Part shown: in pieces, positions 1 through 8,045 of the stretch
How positions within the stretch are numbered: the first letter of the stretch is position 1
Layout of the letters: each line of letters opens with the position of its first letter
Assembly (NCBI GenBank): GCA_963810935.1
Contig: CAWEPK010000004.1
Span: 1-30,423, forward strand
Reading direction: 5' to 3'
DNA length: 30,423 bases
Source: an uncultured delta proteobacterium
GTDB lineage: Bacteria; Desulfobacterota; Syntrophorhabdia; Syntrophorhabdales; WCHB1-27
Program-made: the position numbers and the translations under genes
Notes under the pieces: model-generated
Told to the model about the DNA's origin: nothing
The model's input: the letters and a program-made list of their open reading frames with translations, nothing else
Databases searched by the model: none

Positions 1-231
1 ACGTCGGTACGTCGGAGGGCGCAAGGCGCACATTTCGCCGCATCCTTCATATCAGTTGAAAGTAGGTTTGCCGGGTGCCCGCACGGTCAAAAGCGTTTTG
101 AAAAGGTACCACCGTGCATGCGGGTGGTCCGCAGCAGGCGCGAGTCCAAACCTTGCCACAACATCCGCCTTCGTCTCTTTTACTACCACCACGCTAGCAG
201 TTGCCGACTCCCCGGAAAACGCGTGACAATA

Positions 232-1722
232 CTATACCCACCTAAGGGTAACCGTCTTCTCGTCGAGAAACAGCTTGATTGAGTCCATACGCGACTTCGA
301 CATGCCGAAGAATGAATCCTTTTTCGAGCCCAGGCCGAAGAACGAATAGGGCTGCGGTATGCCTGCATTGACGCCTATATTGCCCACCTCGCATTCACGG
401 ATGAACTTGCGCGCGGCCTTGCCGCTCTCCGTCACGATGCACGCCGAGTGGCCGTAATTGGTCCCATTGATCCAGCCTATCGCTTCGTCCATATCTTTCG
501 CCCGCATCAGGTTGGCAAGCGGACCGAAGGCCTCTTCTTTTGCGAGGGGGTCCATGTCGGGCGTTACGTTCTCGAATATGCTGGGGCCGAGGAAATAACC
601 TTTCTCGTAGCCTTCTACGCGCGCCTTGCGGCCGTCCATTATGAGCTTCGCACCGGCCCTCAGGCCGTCTTCAATGAATTGCTCCACCTTCTCCTTCCCC
701 TGCTTCGTCGTGAGCGGCCCGAGCTCGACGGACTCGTCCATGCCGTAACCCAGCTTCATCTCCTTCGACGCAACGAGGAAAGCCTCTCTCAACTCGTTGT
801 ACCTCTTATCGTCGCCTACTATAACCACATTGTCCGAGCCGAGGCACCTCTGGCCCGACATGCCGAAGCAGCCGCGGAGCAGGTAATTGACCGCGTTGGC
901 CGGCGGGGCATCGGGCATTACTACAATATGGTTCTTTCCGTTCCCGTTAAGGGAGGTACGCTTCCCGTATTGGCCTGCGATCTCGAACAGCTCCTTCGAT
1001 ACCCGCGTAGACCCAATAAGGCCCACGCCCTTTATCCTCGGGTCCGAAAGGATGACCTTGTTCAGCTCTCTATCCGGCCCCATGTGGAGGAGATTAACTG
1101 CGCCGGGCAGCAGGCCCACCTCGGCGGCTACCTTCATAACGGAGTCGGCCGCGACGGGGTCCTGGCGGCTCGGCTTAACGATTACCGTGCAGCCGCACGC
1201 TAAGGCATAAGGCACGAAAGACGACCACGCATGGGTCGGGATGTTACCCGGCGTAATGATAAGAAAGACGCCTGCGGGCTCGTGTATCTGGTAGCAGTCG
1301 ATGCCCGTCGCGAGCTGGTCTACGTGCTCGCCCCGGTAGGGCCCGTACATGGAGCTGCCTGCCGCCTCAATGTTCTCGACTATCCTCGCGCAGGTGCCCC
1401 TGCCCTCGTCGATGGTGCAGCCGTGGTCCTGTACCAGTATACGGGCGAGCCATTCCGATTTTTCGGCGAACTTCTCCCGCAGCGTGAATACCTTCTTTGC
1501 CCGGTCCCGAAAGGGGACGTCCTTCCATTTCTTGAAGGCCGCGTGAGCCGCGCTGATTGCAGCCTCGACGTCGGCCCGCGACGCTATGGGCCCTTCTGCG
1601 ATCACCTCATCCGTCGCCGGGTTCGTTGTCTCGAAGTACTGACCCGTACCCGCCTCGACCCATTCCCCATTTATATAGTTCTTCAGCCTGCCGTAATGTT
1701 TTGCCACTTCCGGCACTATCAT
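232..1722 (-). CDS. CoA-acylating aldehyde dehydrogenase, methylmalonate-semialdehyde dehydrogenase (MmsA/IolA)-like
   Basis: 496-aa ORF with ALDH motifs: NYINGEW, ITPGNIP, KPS, IGSTRV, GKNH (MMSDH-type, no general-base Glu), catalytic GQRC, EEAFGP, GNIGVN. AAGGAGG RBS upstream. Confidence 0.85.
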   Translation of the reverse strand: MIVPEVAKHYGRLKNYINGEWVEAGTGQYFETTNPATDEVIAEGPIASRADVEAAISAAHAAFKKWKDVPFRDRAKKVFTLREKFAEKSEWLARILVQDHGCTIDEGRGTCARIVENIEAAGSSMYGPYRGEHVDQLATGIDCYQIHEPAGVFLIITPGNIPTHAWSSFVPYALACGCTVIVKPSRQDPVAADSVMKVAAEVGLLPGAVNLLHMGPDRELNKVILSDPRIKGVGLIGSTRVSKELFEIAGQYGKRTSLNGNGKNHIVVMPDAPPANAVNYLLRGCFGMSGQRCLGSDNVVIVGDDKRYNELREAFLVASKEMKLGYGMDESVELGPLTTKQGKEKVEQFIEDGLRAGAKLIMDGRKARVEGYEKGYFLGPSIFENVTPDMDPLAKEEAFGPLANLMRAKDMDEAIGWINGTNYGHSACIVTESGKAARKFIRECEVGNIGVNAGIPQPYSFFGLGSKKDSFFGMSKSRMDSIKLFLDEKTVTLRWV

Positions 1723-1837
1723 GTGTTCCTCCTTAATTATAGATTGTTAAAACGGTCAATGGCCCATCTGGCTTTCCTTCGTCCGCCCCGGTTCGCGCAA
1801 ACAGCTTAGATGGGCCGCTTTTGATTAACCACATTTA

Positions 1838-1866
1838 AGTTTATTAAATTCTGTTTAATGAGTCAA
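1838..1866 (-). promoter_or_regulatory. sigma70-type promoter for the aldehyde dehydrogenase, with a palindrome in the spacer
   Basis: Minus strand TTGACT-N17-TAAACT. The inverted repeat ATTAAA-N5-TTTAAT at 1843-1859 covers the spacer. Confidence 0.55.
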
Positions 1867-2029
1867 GCGTTTTTTCGCCCGTTTCGCCGGGCCGGCAACC
1901 GGCTTTCCTTATATTGCACAGCAGGGTGGAGGGTCGTGCCGTTGAAGAAGAAATCGCGCGTGCCCGTTTATGGTAAACTAATAGTGGTCTATAAGCCGCA
2001 CTGGTTCCGGCTAAGATAAGGGGTGACCG

Positions 2030-2683
2030 ATGATCTGCGTCAGTCTCGCTGAAAAGGACCTCGCCGGCTGCCTTGCCGCGCTAGATGGGCTTGCCTTCGC
2101 AGAGATACGCATGGACATGATGGATCTGACCGGGCCTGAGGTCCGCGAGATCTTTTCCGGCCATCCAAACCTGATCGCCACCTGCCGGCCCGGCAAGCAC
2201 ACTCCCGAAGTCTGCAGGACGCTGCTGCTGGAGGCGATAACTGCGGGGGCCGCATACGTCGACGTCGAGGTCTACTGGCCTGCCCCTTTTCGCGACGAGA
2301 TCGTGAAGGCCGCAAAGGCCGCCCGCTGCATTGCGATCGCCTCGTACCATAATTTCGAAGAGACGCCGGACCGCGCCGAACTGGAGAAGATAGTCTCCGA
2401 CTGCTTCGATACAGGCGCCGATATCGCCAAGGTCGCCTGCATGGCGCGAAGCGGGGCGGACAACGCGAGGCTCCTCGGCCTCCTCGACGGCAAGAGGAAA
2501 ATGGTCGTCATAGGCATGGGGGAGATAGGGAAAGTCACGCGGGTTGCAGCACCGCTTTCGGGCGGCCTCTTTACCTTCGCCTCGCTTTCAAAGGGCAAAG
2601 AGACGGCGAACGGCCAGATCGACAACGAGACGCTGGAATCGATATTCCGGCTCCTCGGGCACGAAAGAACCGGTGCGCCGTGA
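2030..2683 (+). CDS. aroD: type I 3-dehydroquinate dehydratase
   Basis: MICVSL start, EIRMD, IATCR, YVDVE, SYHNFEETP, ADIAKVA (Schiff-base Lys), IGMGEIGKVTR, TANGQ. Confidence 0.9.
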   Translation: MICVSLAEKDLAGCLAALDGLAFAEIRMDMMDLTGPEVREIFSGHPNLIATCRPGKHTPEVCRTLLLEAITAGAAYVDVEVYWPAPFRDEIVKAAKAARCIAIASYHNFEETPDRAELEKIVSDCFDTGADIAKVACMARSGADNARLLGLLDGKRKMVVIGMGEIGKVTRVAAPLSGGLFTFASLSKGKETANGQIDNETLESIFRLLGHERTGAP

Positions 2684-3657
2684 CGGTCCTTTACGCAGTC
2701 GCCGGAAGACCCGTCTTCGGAAGCAAAGAACCGGTCGTCTTCAATACTGCGTTCAGGCAGCTCGCGATGGACGCGGTATACGTCCGCCTCGCCGCCTCGT
2801 CCGCGAATGAGATAATGGCAACGGCCAGGCAGGCGGGCATCGCGGGCTTTAACGTCACCGACCCTTTCCAGGCGGAGATCGCAGGCTTGCTCGATAAGGT
2901 AGATGCGGACGCAGCCGCAGCAGGCTGCGTCGATACGGTCGTCAACGGGCCTGACGGCTTCACCGGCTACAATTTAGGAACGCCCGCGAACGGGGTCGCC
3001 GGGACCGACGGCCGCGAGCTGCTCCTTGCCCGGGCAATAAGCGCCTTCAGCCTCTTTACAGGCACGCCCGCCCCTGTGGACGCCATGCGCAAAATACTCA
3101 TGAAGACGCGGCGCGACTCGCGGGGGAATATAGCCCTCATAGGCTTCGAGGCCGCCGGGAAAAAAGAAATCGGCCTGGCGCTTGCAGAGGCGAGCGGATT
3201 GACCTTCGTCGATATCGATAGAGAGATCGAGGGGAAGGCCGGTGTCTCTATTGCAGAGATATTCGAAGGCAAAGGGGAAGCGGCCTTCAGGCGGATGGAG
3301 CAGGAAGAAATCGACGGCCTCAGGCTCGTCACGCATCAGGTGGCCGTATGCGGGGCGGGCGCGCTCGGCACGCGGTCGAACGTGCGGACCCTGCGCAACA
3401 ACTGCCTTTCCATCTGGCTATGGGCGGACATGGCGCGGGTCGTCGAGAGCGAGCCGAATGACGCCAGCAGACGGCTCCTCGACACCCTCGACAGGGAGAC
3501 CGCAAGGGGGCTCATGATGAGGCGGCTGCCGGAGTACGCCTTATGCTCCGACCTTGTAGTCAGCACGGAAGGCAGGGGCGCCAGAGAGACAGCCGCGAAA
3601 ATATGGGAGGAACTCCACGCCGCGTTCGACGAGGAAGCGGCGGACGGCATGCAATAA
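2680..3657 (+). CDS. degenerate shikimate dehydrogenase (substrate-binding domain plus C-terminal helix only) fused to a degenerate shikimate kinase
   Basis: aa1-98 resemble the AroE N-domain (GRPV, GFNVTDP, GCVDT, GYN). aa110-140 resemble the AroE C-terminal helix (DGRELL..AFSLFTG). aa150-325 resemble AroK (NIALIG..GK, FVDID, SIAEIF..GE..FR..E). GTG start overlaps the aroD stop. Confidence 0.8.
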   Translation: MTVLYAVAGRPVFGSKEPVVFNTAFRQLAMDAVYVRLAASSANEIMATARQAGIAGFNVTDPFQAEIAGLLDKVDADAAAAGCVDTVVNGPDGFTGYNLGTPANGVAGTDGRELLLARAISAFSLFTGTPAPVDAMRKILMKTRRDSRGNIALIGFEAAGKKEIGLALAEASGLTFVDIDREIEGKAGVSIAEIFEGKGEAAFRRMEQEEIDGLRLVTHQVAVCGAGALGTRSNVRTLRNNCLSIWLWADMARVVESEPNDASRRLLDTLDRETARGLMMRRLPEYALCSDLVVSTEGRGARETAAKIWEELHAAFDEEAADGMQ

Positions 3658-3718
3658 CGCAGTGGGAAGGTAGTAATAACAGCGCTCCGATATTAAAATG
3701 GAATAGGAGCATCGCACC

Positions 3719-4319
3719 ATGCCATACAGACTGCTGAAGAAAGTCCTCGACCAGACCGAGAAGGTCAACAAGGAGACCATCGAAAAGGTCATCTGGCTGG
3801 CCATCGAGATTGCGCGGGAGGGCAGGGAAGGACGGAAGGTTGGCACCCTGTTCGTGATCTCCGATTCCGAAGAGGTGCTGCGTCACTCGAAACCCCTGAT
3901 ACTCGATCCCCTTTTCGGCCATCCCGACGAGGCAAAACACCTGGACGACCCGAACATGCGCGAGACGATCAAGGAGCTTGCCCTCCTCGACGGCGGCTTC
4001 GTTGTGTCCGACGATGGGGTTTGCCTGTCCGCGTGCCGGTATATCGAGGCGTCGGTGGAGGGGATCGAGCTGCCGCTCGGGCTTGGGAGCCGCCACCTTG
4101 CGGCTGCCTCGATCACGACGAGGACGGGGTCCGTCGCGGTGGTTGTGTCGGAGAGGCTCGATTGTGCGCGTTTTCTACAAGGGCAGGATCGTGTCGCGGA
4201 TAATACCGGAGGTGTGGCTGCTGAGCAGGCACACCCGGCAATCCAGGAGCAAGCGCGCGAAAAAAGAGGAAGACGCTATATCCGTTTCACAATCGGCACG
4301 GAAAGAGCAAAGAAGTTAA
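3719..4319 (+). CDS. standalone diadenylate cyclase (DisA_N/DAC domain), +1 frameshift at ~4155, probably a sequencing error; ~199 aa when repaired
   Basis: AREGREGRKVGTLFV, IKELALLDGGFVV (DGA-like), GLGSRHLAAASIT (RHR-like) and VAVVVSE. It continues in another frame as SIVRVFYKG..IIPEVWL to the stop at 4319. Confidence 0.8.
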
Positions 4320-4415
4320 ACCACTGCTTTGTGCGCCGGCGCCTTTGCATTTTATTGAGTACTAAGGCGCAAATCGGCAAGGGGCGGCGGCACCTATAAA
4401 GGGTGCATACATTCT

Positions 4416-4438
4416 TGCTATAAAGAAACTTTACAGCA
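4416..4438. promoter_or_regulatory. candidate upstream activator site (palindrome) for a sigma54 activator
   Basis: TGCTATAAAG-AAA-CTTTACAGCA, a 9/10 inverted repeat about 170-190 bp upstream of the sigma54 promoter at 4607. Confidence 0.5.
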
Positions 4439-4606
4439 GCAAACCGTTCTGCCGCAAGGGTTTCCGGTTTTTCGTCAACCGACAAGAATCTTAGCAGTCA
4501 GTAAGGCAGCGGAAACGTTACCTTTTCCCTGATTCGGTACATTTCTTAGCAGTACTGCCGCAAGGTGCGCTGCCCGTAATCCCTTATAATCATTCACTGT
4601 ATACAA

Positions 4607-4622
4607 TGGCATCATTCATGCA
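4607..4622 (+). promoter_or_regulatory. sigma54 (-24/-12) promoter of the oxidoreductase operon
   Basis: TGGCATCATTCATGCA has GG and GC at canonical spacing, lies 60 bp upstream of the start at 4683, and the operon encodes an NtrC-type activator. Confidence 0.75.
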
Positions 4623-4682
4623 AGAAACGGTTTGCATACAAAACGGCGGCGGTTTACACACAGAACGGCAAAGGAGGCAGCC

Positions 4683-5684
4683 ATGGAAAAGAAAGTTCTT
4701 CTAATAGACGACGAGGCCTCATTGAGGAGAAGCGTCTCCCTGGGGTTGATGCAAAAAGGATATCAGACGGAGCCGTGCGAGAGCGGGATGAAGGCGCTCC
4801 AGACACTAGAAACGTACAGGCAGAAGAAGGTACCCCTTGACTGTGCCATAGTCGACATCAGGCTGCCCGACATAGACGGGCTGAAGCTGCTCAAGGTCAT
4901 AAAGCTCAACTATCCGCAGCTTCCCGTCATCATAATCACCGGGTACGGAAGCGAGACAATGGCCGAAGAGGCAAAGACCGCGGACGCCTACCTGGAAAAA
5001 CCTTTCAGCATGGACGACCTGGCAAAGGTGCTCGACGACATCGAAAGCCCGGCGGAAAAGGCGGCATCAACGCCTGCGCCGAAGGAATCGGCCGTGGCAG
5101 AGCAGGCAACGAGCGCTTATGCCCTCGTCCGCCTCAATGCCGACGCCAACCTGCTGGACGTCTACCGCACCCTGTACTATCACCAGAATGTCCTTTACTG
5201 CGACGCGACGAGAGGCGATTGCGACCTGGTGCTTCTCGTGCAGGCACCGACGCTCGAACAGGTCAAAGAGGTGGCGGAAAAGGAGATCGGGGCCATGAAA
5301 GGCGTAGCGGAGGTCAGCCTCCTGCCCGTAGAGGCGCCCATGCTCGCCGACAACGTGATCGATATCATGGGCTCCGTCGATAAGGCGCTCGGCAGGGACA
5401 AGGACGAGAACGTGGCGGCTTCCAACCAGATGGCGAGGACGCGGATCTCTTCGTACGTCATGCTGGAAGTCGAAAAGGAAAAGATGGAGGGCATTTATCC
5501 GGCCCTCTACTTCAATGACCAGGTGGTCAACTGCGACTGCACGGACGGTAAATTCAACGTCGTCCTTCTTGTAAAAGGGACGAGCTTCAGCGAGATCGAG
5601 AACGCAGTCAGAAACAGGTTCAAGACAATGGACGGCGTGCTGCGGATCAAGGAATATCCGATCATCACGCTGTTCGAGACATAA
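4683..5684 (+). CDS. response regulator: receiver domain plus two tandem Lrp/AsnC ligand-binding (RAM-like) domains, no DNA-binding domain
   Basis: AAGGAGG RBS before ATG 4683. Intact REC (LLIDDE, IVDIRLP, ITGYG, YLEKPF), an Ala/Pro linker, then two similar repeats (SAYALVRL..YCDATRGDCDLVLLV and SSYVMLEV..NCDCTDGKFNVVLLV). Confidence 0.8.
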   Translation: MEKKVLLIDDEASLRRSVSLGLMQKGYQTEPCESGMKALQTLETYRQKKVPLDCAIVDIRLPDIDGLKLLKVIKLNYPQLPVIIITGYGSETMAEEAKTADAYLEKPFSMDDLAKVLDDIESPAEKAASTPAPKESAVAEQATSAYALVRLNADANLLDVYRTLYYHQNVLYCDATRGDCDLVLLVQAPTLEQVKEVAEKEIGAMKGVAEVSLLPVEAPMLADNVIDIMGSVDKALGRDKDENVAASNQMARTRISSYVMLEVEKEKMEGIYPALYFNDQVVNCDCTDGKFNVVLLVKGTSFSEIENAVRNRFKTMDGVLRIKEYPIITLFET

Positions 5685-5705
5685 AATCCGGACTGGAGAG
5701 AGGCT

Positions 5706-6215
5706 ATGCTGCAAGCAGACAAATCAAAACAGGAGAAATCGGAAAGCGGGTTTTCGAATTTCAAGGTCGAGCTATGGAGGTATCAAGGCGAGATGGGCGC
5801 TCTGATACCCCTGCTTCAATCTGCGCAGGACGCTTACGGCTACATCCCCGAGTCGGCAATCGACCATATCAGCCAGATCGTCGGGACGCCGGCAGCGGAG
5901 ATTTACGGCGTCATCACCTTCTATTCCCAGTTCCGCCTCAAACCGATGGGGAAGAACATCATCAAGGTCTGCGACGGCACCGCGTGCCACGTAAACTCGT
6001 CGACCGCGATCATCAAGACGATCGAGAACGAGCTGGGGGTCGTAGGCGACGAGACGACGGAGGACGGGATTTTCACCGTGCAGAAGGTGGCATGCCTCGG
6101 CTGCTGCTCGCTGTCGCCCGTCGTTATGATCAACGACGAGACCTTCGGCCTGCTGACCCCGAAAAAGGTCCAGCAGCTTCTGAAGGAATACAGGGAGCGC
6201 GACGCCCAGGGGTGA
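5706..6215 (+). CDS. NuoE/HydC-like [2Fe-2S] subunit of a flavin-based oxidoreductase
   Basis: LIPLLQ..Q..YGYIP, YGVITFYSQF, VCDGTACH and ACLGCCSLSP (four Cys ligands). Confidence 0.92.
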   Translation: MLQADKSKQEKSESGFSNFKVELWRYQGEMGALIPLLQSAQDAYGYIPESAIDHISQIVGTPAAEIYGVITFYSQFRLKPMGKNIIKVCDGTACHVNSSTAIIKTIENELGVVGDETTEDGIFTVQKVACLGCCSLSPVVMINDETFGLLTPKKVQQLLKEYRERDAQG

Positions 6216-6263
6216 GTGGGACGGGACAATCCTAAAACGACATAAGGAACTGGAGAGCACAGG

Positions 6264-8030
6264 ATGAAAACTATAAGGATCGGACTTGGGACATGCGGAG
6301 TCTCGGCAGGCGGCGAGAAGACCTACGAGGCCGTAAAGCATGAGATCGAGAAGAGAAATATCCAGGTGATAGTGAAGGAGACGGGATGCAACGGCATGTG
6401 CTACCGTGAGCCGCTGCTGGAAGTCATCGACGAATCCCAAAAATCCTTCATGTACGGCGAGGTGACGCCGGACAAGGCTATAAGGATCATCGACGAGCAC
6501 GTGCTCAACGGGACGCCTGTTTCAGAATGGGTCGTGCAGGGGGAAGCGCCCTCCGACGACGATCTTTTTTTCAAAAAGCAGAAGAGGATAGTACTGCGGA
6601 ACTGCGGGATCATAGACCCCAATTCGATTGAGGAATACATCGCGGCGGGCGGGTATGAGGCCATCCAAAAGGTATTGAAGGATTACACACCGGAACAGGT
6701 GATAGAGACGATTACGGCTTCCGGCCTCCGGGGCAGGGGCGGCGGAGGCTTTCTGACAGGGGTGAAATGGCGCTTCTGCCGGCAGGCAGCCGGCGATTAT
6801 AAATACATCATCTGCAATGCCGACGAGGGCGACCCCGGCGCGTTCATGGACCGCAGCACCCTGGAGGGAGACCCCCACTCGGTGCTCGAAGGCATGATGA
6901 TCTGCGCATACGCCATCGGCGCACAGGAAGGCTACATCTACGTGAGGGCCGAGTACCCGAAGGCGGTCCAGAGGCTGAAGCTGGCCATAAGGCAGCTCCT
7001 TGCGAAAGGCTATCTCGGGAAGAACATCTTCGGCTCCCCGATGAGCTTCTATGTAAAGATAAAGGAAGGAGCGGGCGCCTTTGTCTGCGGCGAGGAGACT
7101 GCGCTCATCGCCTCCATCGAGGGCAAGAGGGGCATGCCGCGCTTCAGGCCCCCGTTCCCCGCGAACAGCGGTCTCTGGGGCAAACCAACGAACATCAACA
7201 ACGTCGAGACATACGCCAACATAGCCTGGATCATCATGAACGGCGCCGAAGCGTTCTCCGGCATGGGCACGGAGGAGAGCAAGGGATCGAAAGTCTTCGC
7301 CCTGGCGGGCAAGATCAAAAGGGGCGGCCTTGCCGAGGTGCCTATGGGCATCACGATCAACGAGATCGTTTACGAGATCGGCGGCGGCATCAAGGGCGAC
7401 AAGAAATTCAAGGCAGTCCAGATGGGCGGCCCGTCGGGCGGCTGTATCCCCGCGTCGATGGGCGATCTGCGCATCGATTACCAGCAGATCAACAAGACGG
7501 GCGCGATCATGGGGTCGGGCGGACTCGTCGTCATGGACGAGACGACCTGCATGGTCGAGATGGCGACGTTCTTCCTGCGGTTCACCCAGGACGAGTCCTG
7601 CGGCAAATGCACGTTCTGCCGCGTAGGGACTAAAAGGATGCTCGAAGTCCTGGAGCGGATCACGGACGGCCACGGCAAGGAGGGCGACGTAGCCCTGCTC
7701 GAACACCTGGCGAACCAGATCAGGAACAACACGATCTGCGGCCTCGGCCAGACGGCGCCGAACCCCGTTCTCACCACCCTCAAGTATTTCAGGGAGGAGT
7801 ACGACGCCCATATCCGCGACAAGAAGTGCCCCGCCCATAGCTGCTCCGCGCTCCTGACCTACTCCATAAAGGAAGACGCGTGCAAGGGCTGCATGGCCTG
7901 CGCCAAGGCGTGCCCGGTCGAGGCGATCAGCGGAGAGAAGAAGAAACCCCATACGCTAAACGCGGCGGCCTGCGTCAGATGCGGCAAGTGCTTCGAAACC
8001 TGCCGGTTCGACGCGGTGGTCAAAGACTAA
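6264..8030 (+). CDS. NuoF/HydB-like NADH/FMN-binding subunit with N-terminal [2Fe-2S] and C-terminal 2x[4Fe-4S] domains
   Basis: SGLRGRGGGGF, CNADEGDPGAFMDR, GAGAFVCGEETAL, GGPSGGC, ESCGKCTFCR, HIRDKKCPAHSC, CKGCMACAKACP, CVRCGKCFETC. Confidence 0.93.
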   Translation: MKTIRIGLGTCGVSAGGEKTYEAVKHEIEKRNIQVIVKETGCNGMCYREPLLEVIDESQKSFMYGEVTPDKAIRIIDEHVLNGTPVSEWVVQGEAPSDDDLFFKKQKRIVLRNCGIIDPNSIEEYIAAGGYEAIQKVLKDYTPEQVIETITASGLRGRGGGGFLTGVKWRFCRQAAGDYKYIICNADEGDPGAFMDRSTLEGDPHSVLEGMMICAYAIGAQEGYIYVRAEYPKAVQRLKLAIRQLLAKGYLGKNIFGSPMSFYVKIKEGAGAFVCGEETALIASIEGKRGMPRFRPPFPANSGLWGKPTNINNVETYANIAWIIMNGAEAFSGMGTEESKGSKVFALAGKIKRGGLAEVPMGITINEIVYEIGGGIKGDKKFKAVQMGGPSGGCIPASMGDLRIDYQQINKTGAIMGSGGLVVMDETTCMVEMATFFLRFTQDESCGKCTFCRVGTKRMLEVLERITDGHGKEGDVALLEHLANQIRNNTICGLGQTAPNPVLTTLKYFREEYDAHIRDKKCPAHSCSALLTYSIKEDACKGCMACAKACPVEAISGEKKKPHTLNAAACVRCGKCFETCRFDAVVKD

Positions 8031-8045
8031 AGGTGGAGACGAGCT

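Noticed and set aside
6213..6235. Sec readthrough of the nuoE-like TGA stop
   Set aside because: The domain is already complete and no conserved Cys position or convincing SECIS follows.
6522..7952. Long antisense ORFs (e.g. 6522-7952, 24957-25835, 448-1203)
   Set aside because: These are shadow ORFs opposite well-supported genes, expected from high-GC codon bias.
5706..8030. Respiratory complex I (nuoEF) or [FeFe]-hydrogenase operon
   Set aside because: No membrane nuo genes and no H-cluster motifs; the partner subunit is GltD/NuoG-like.
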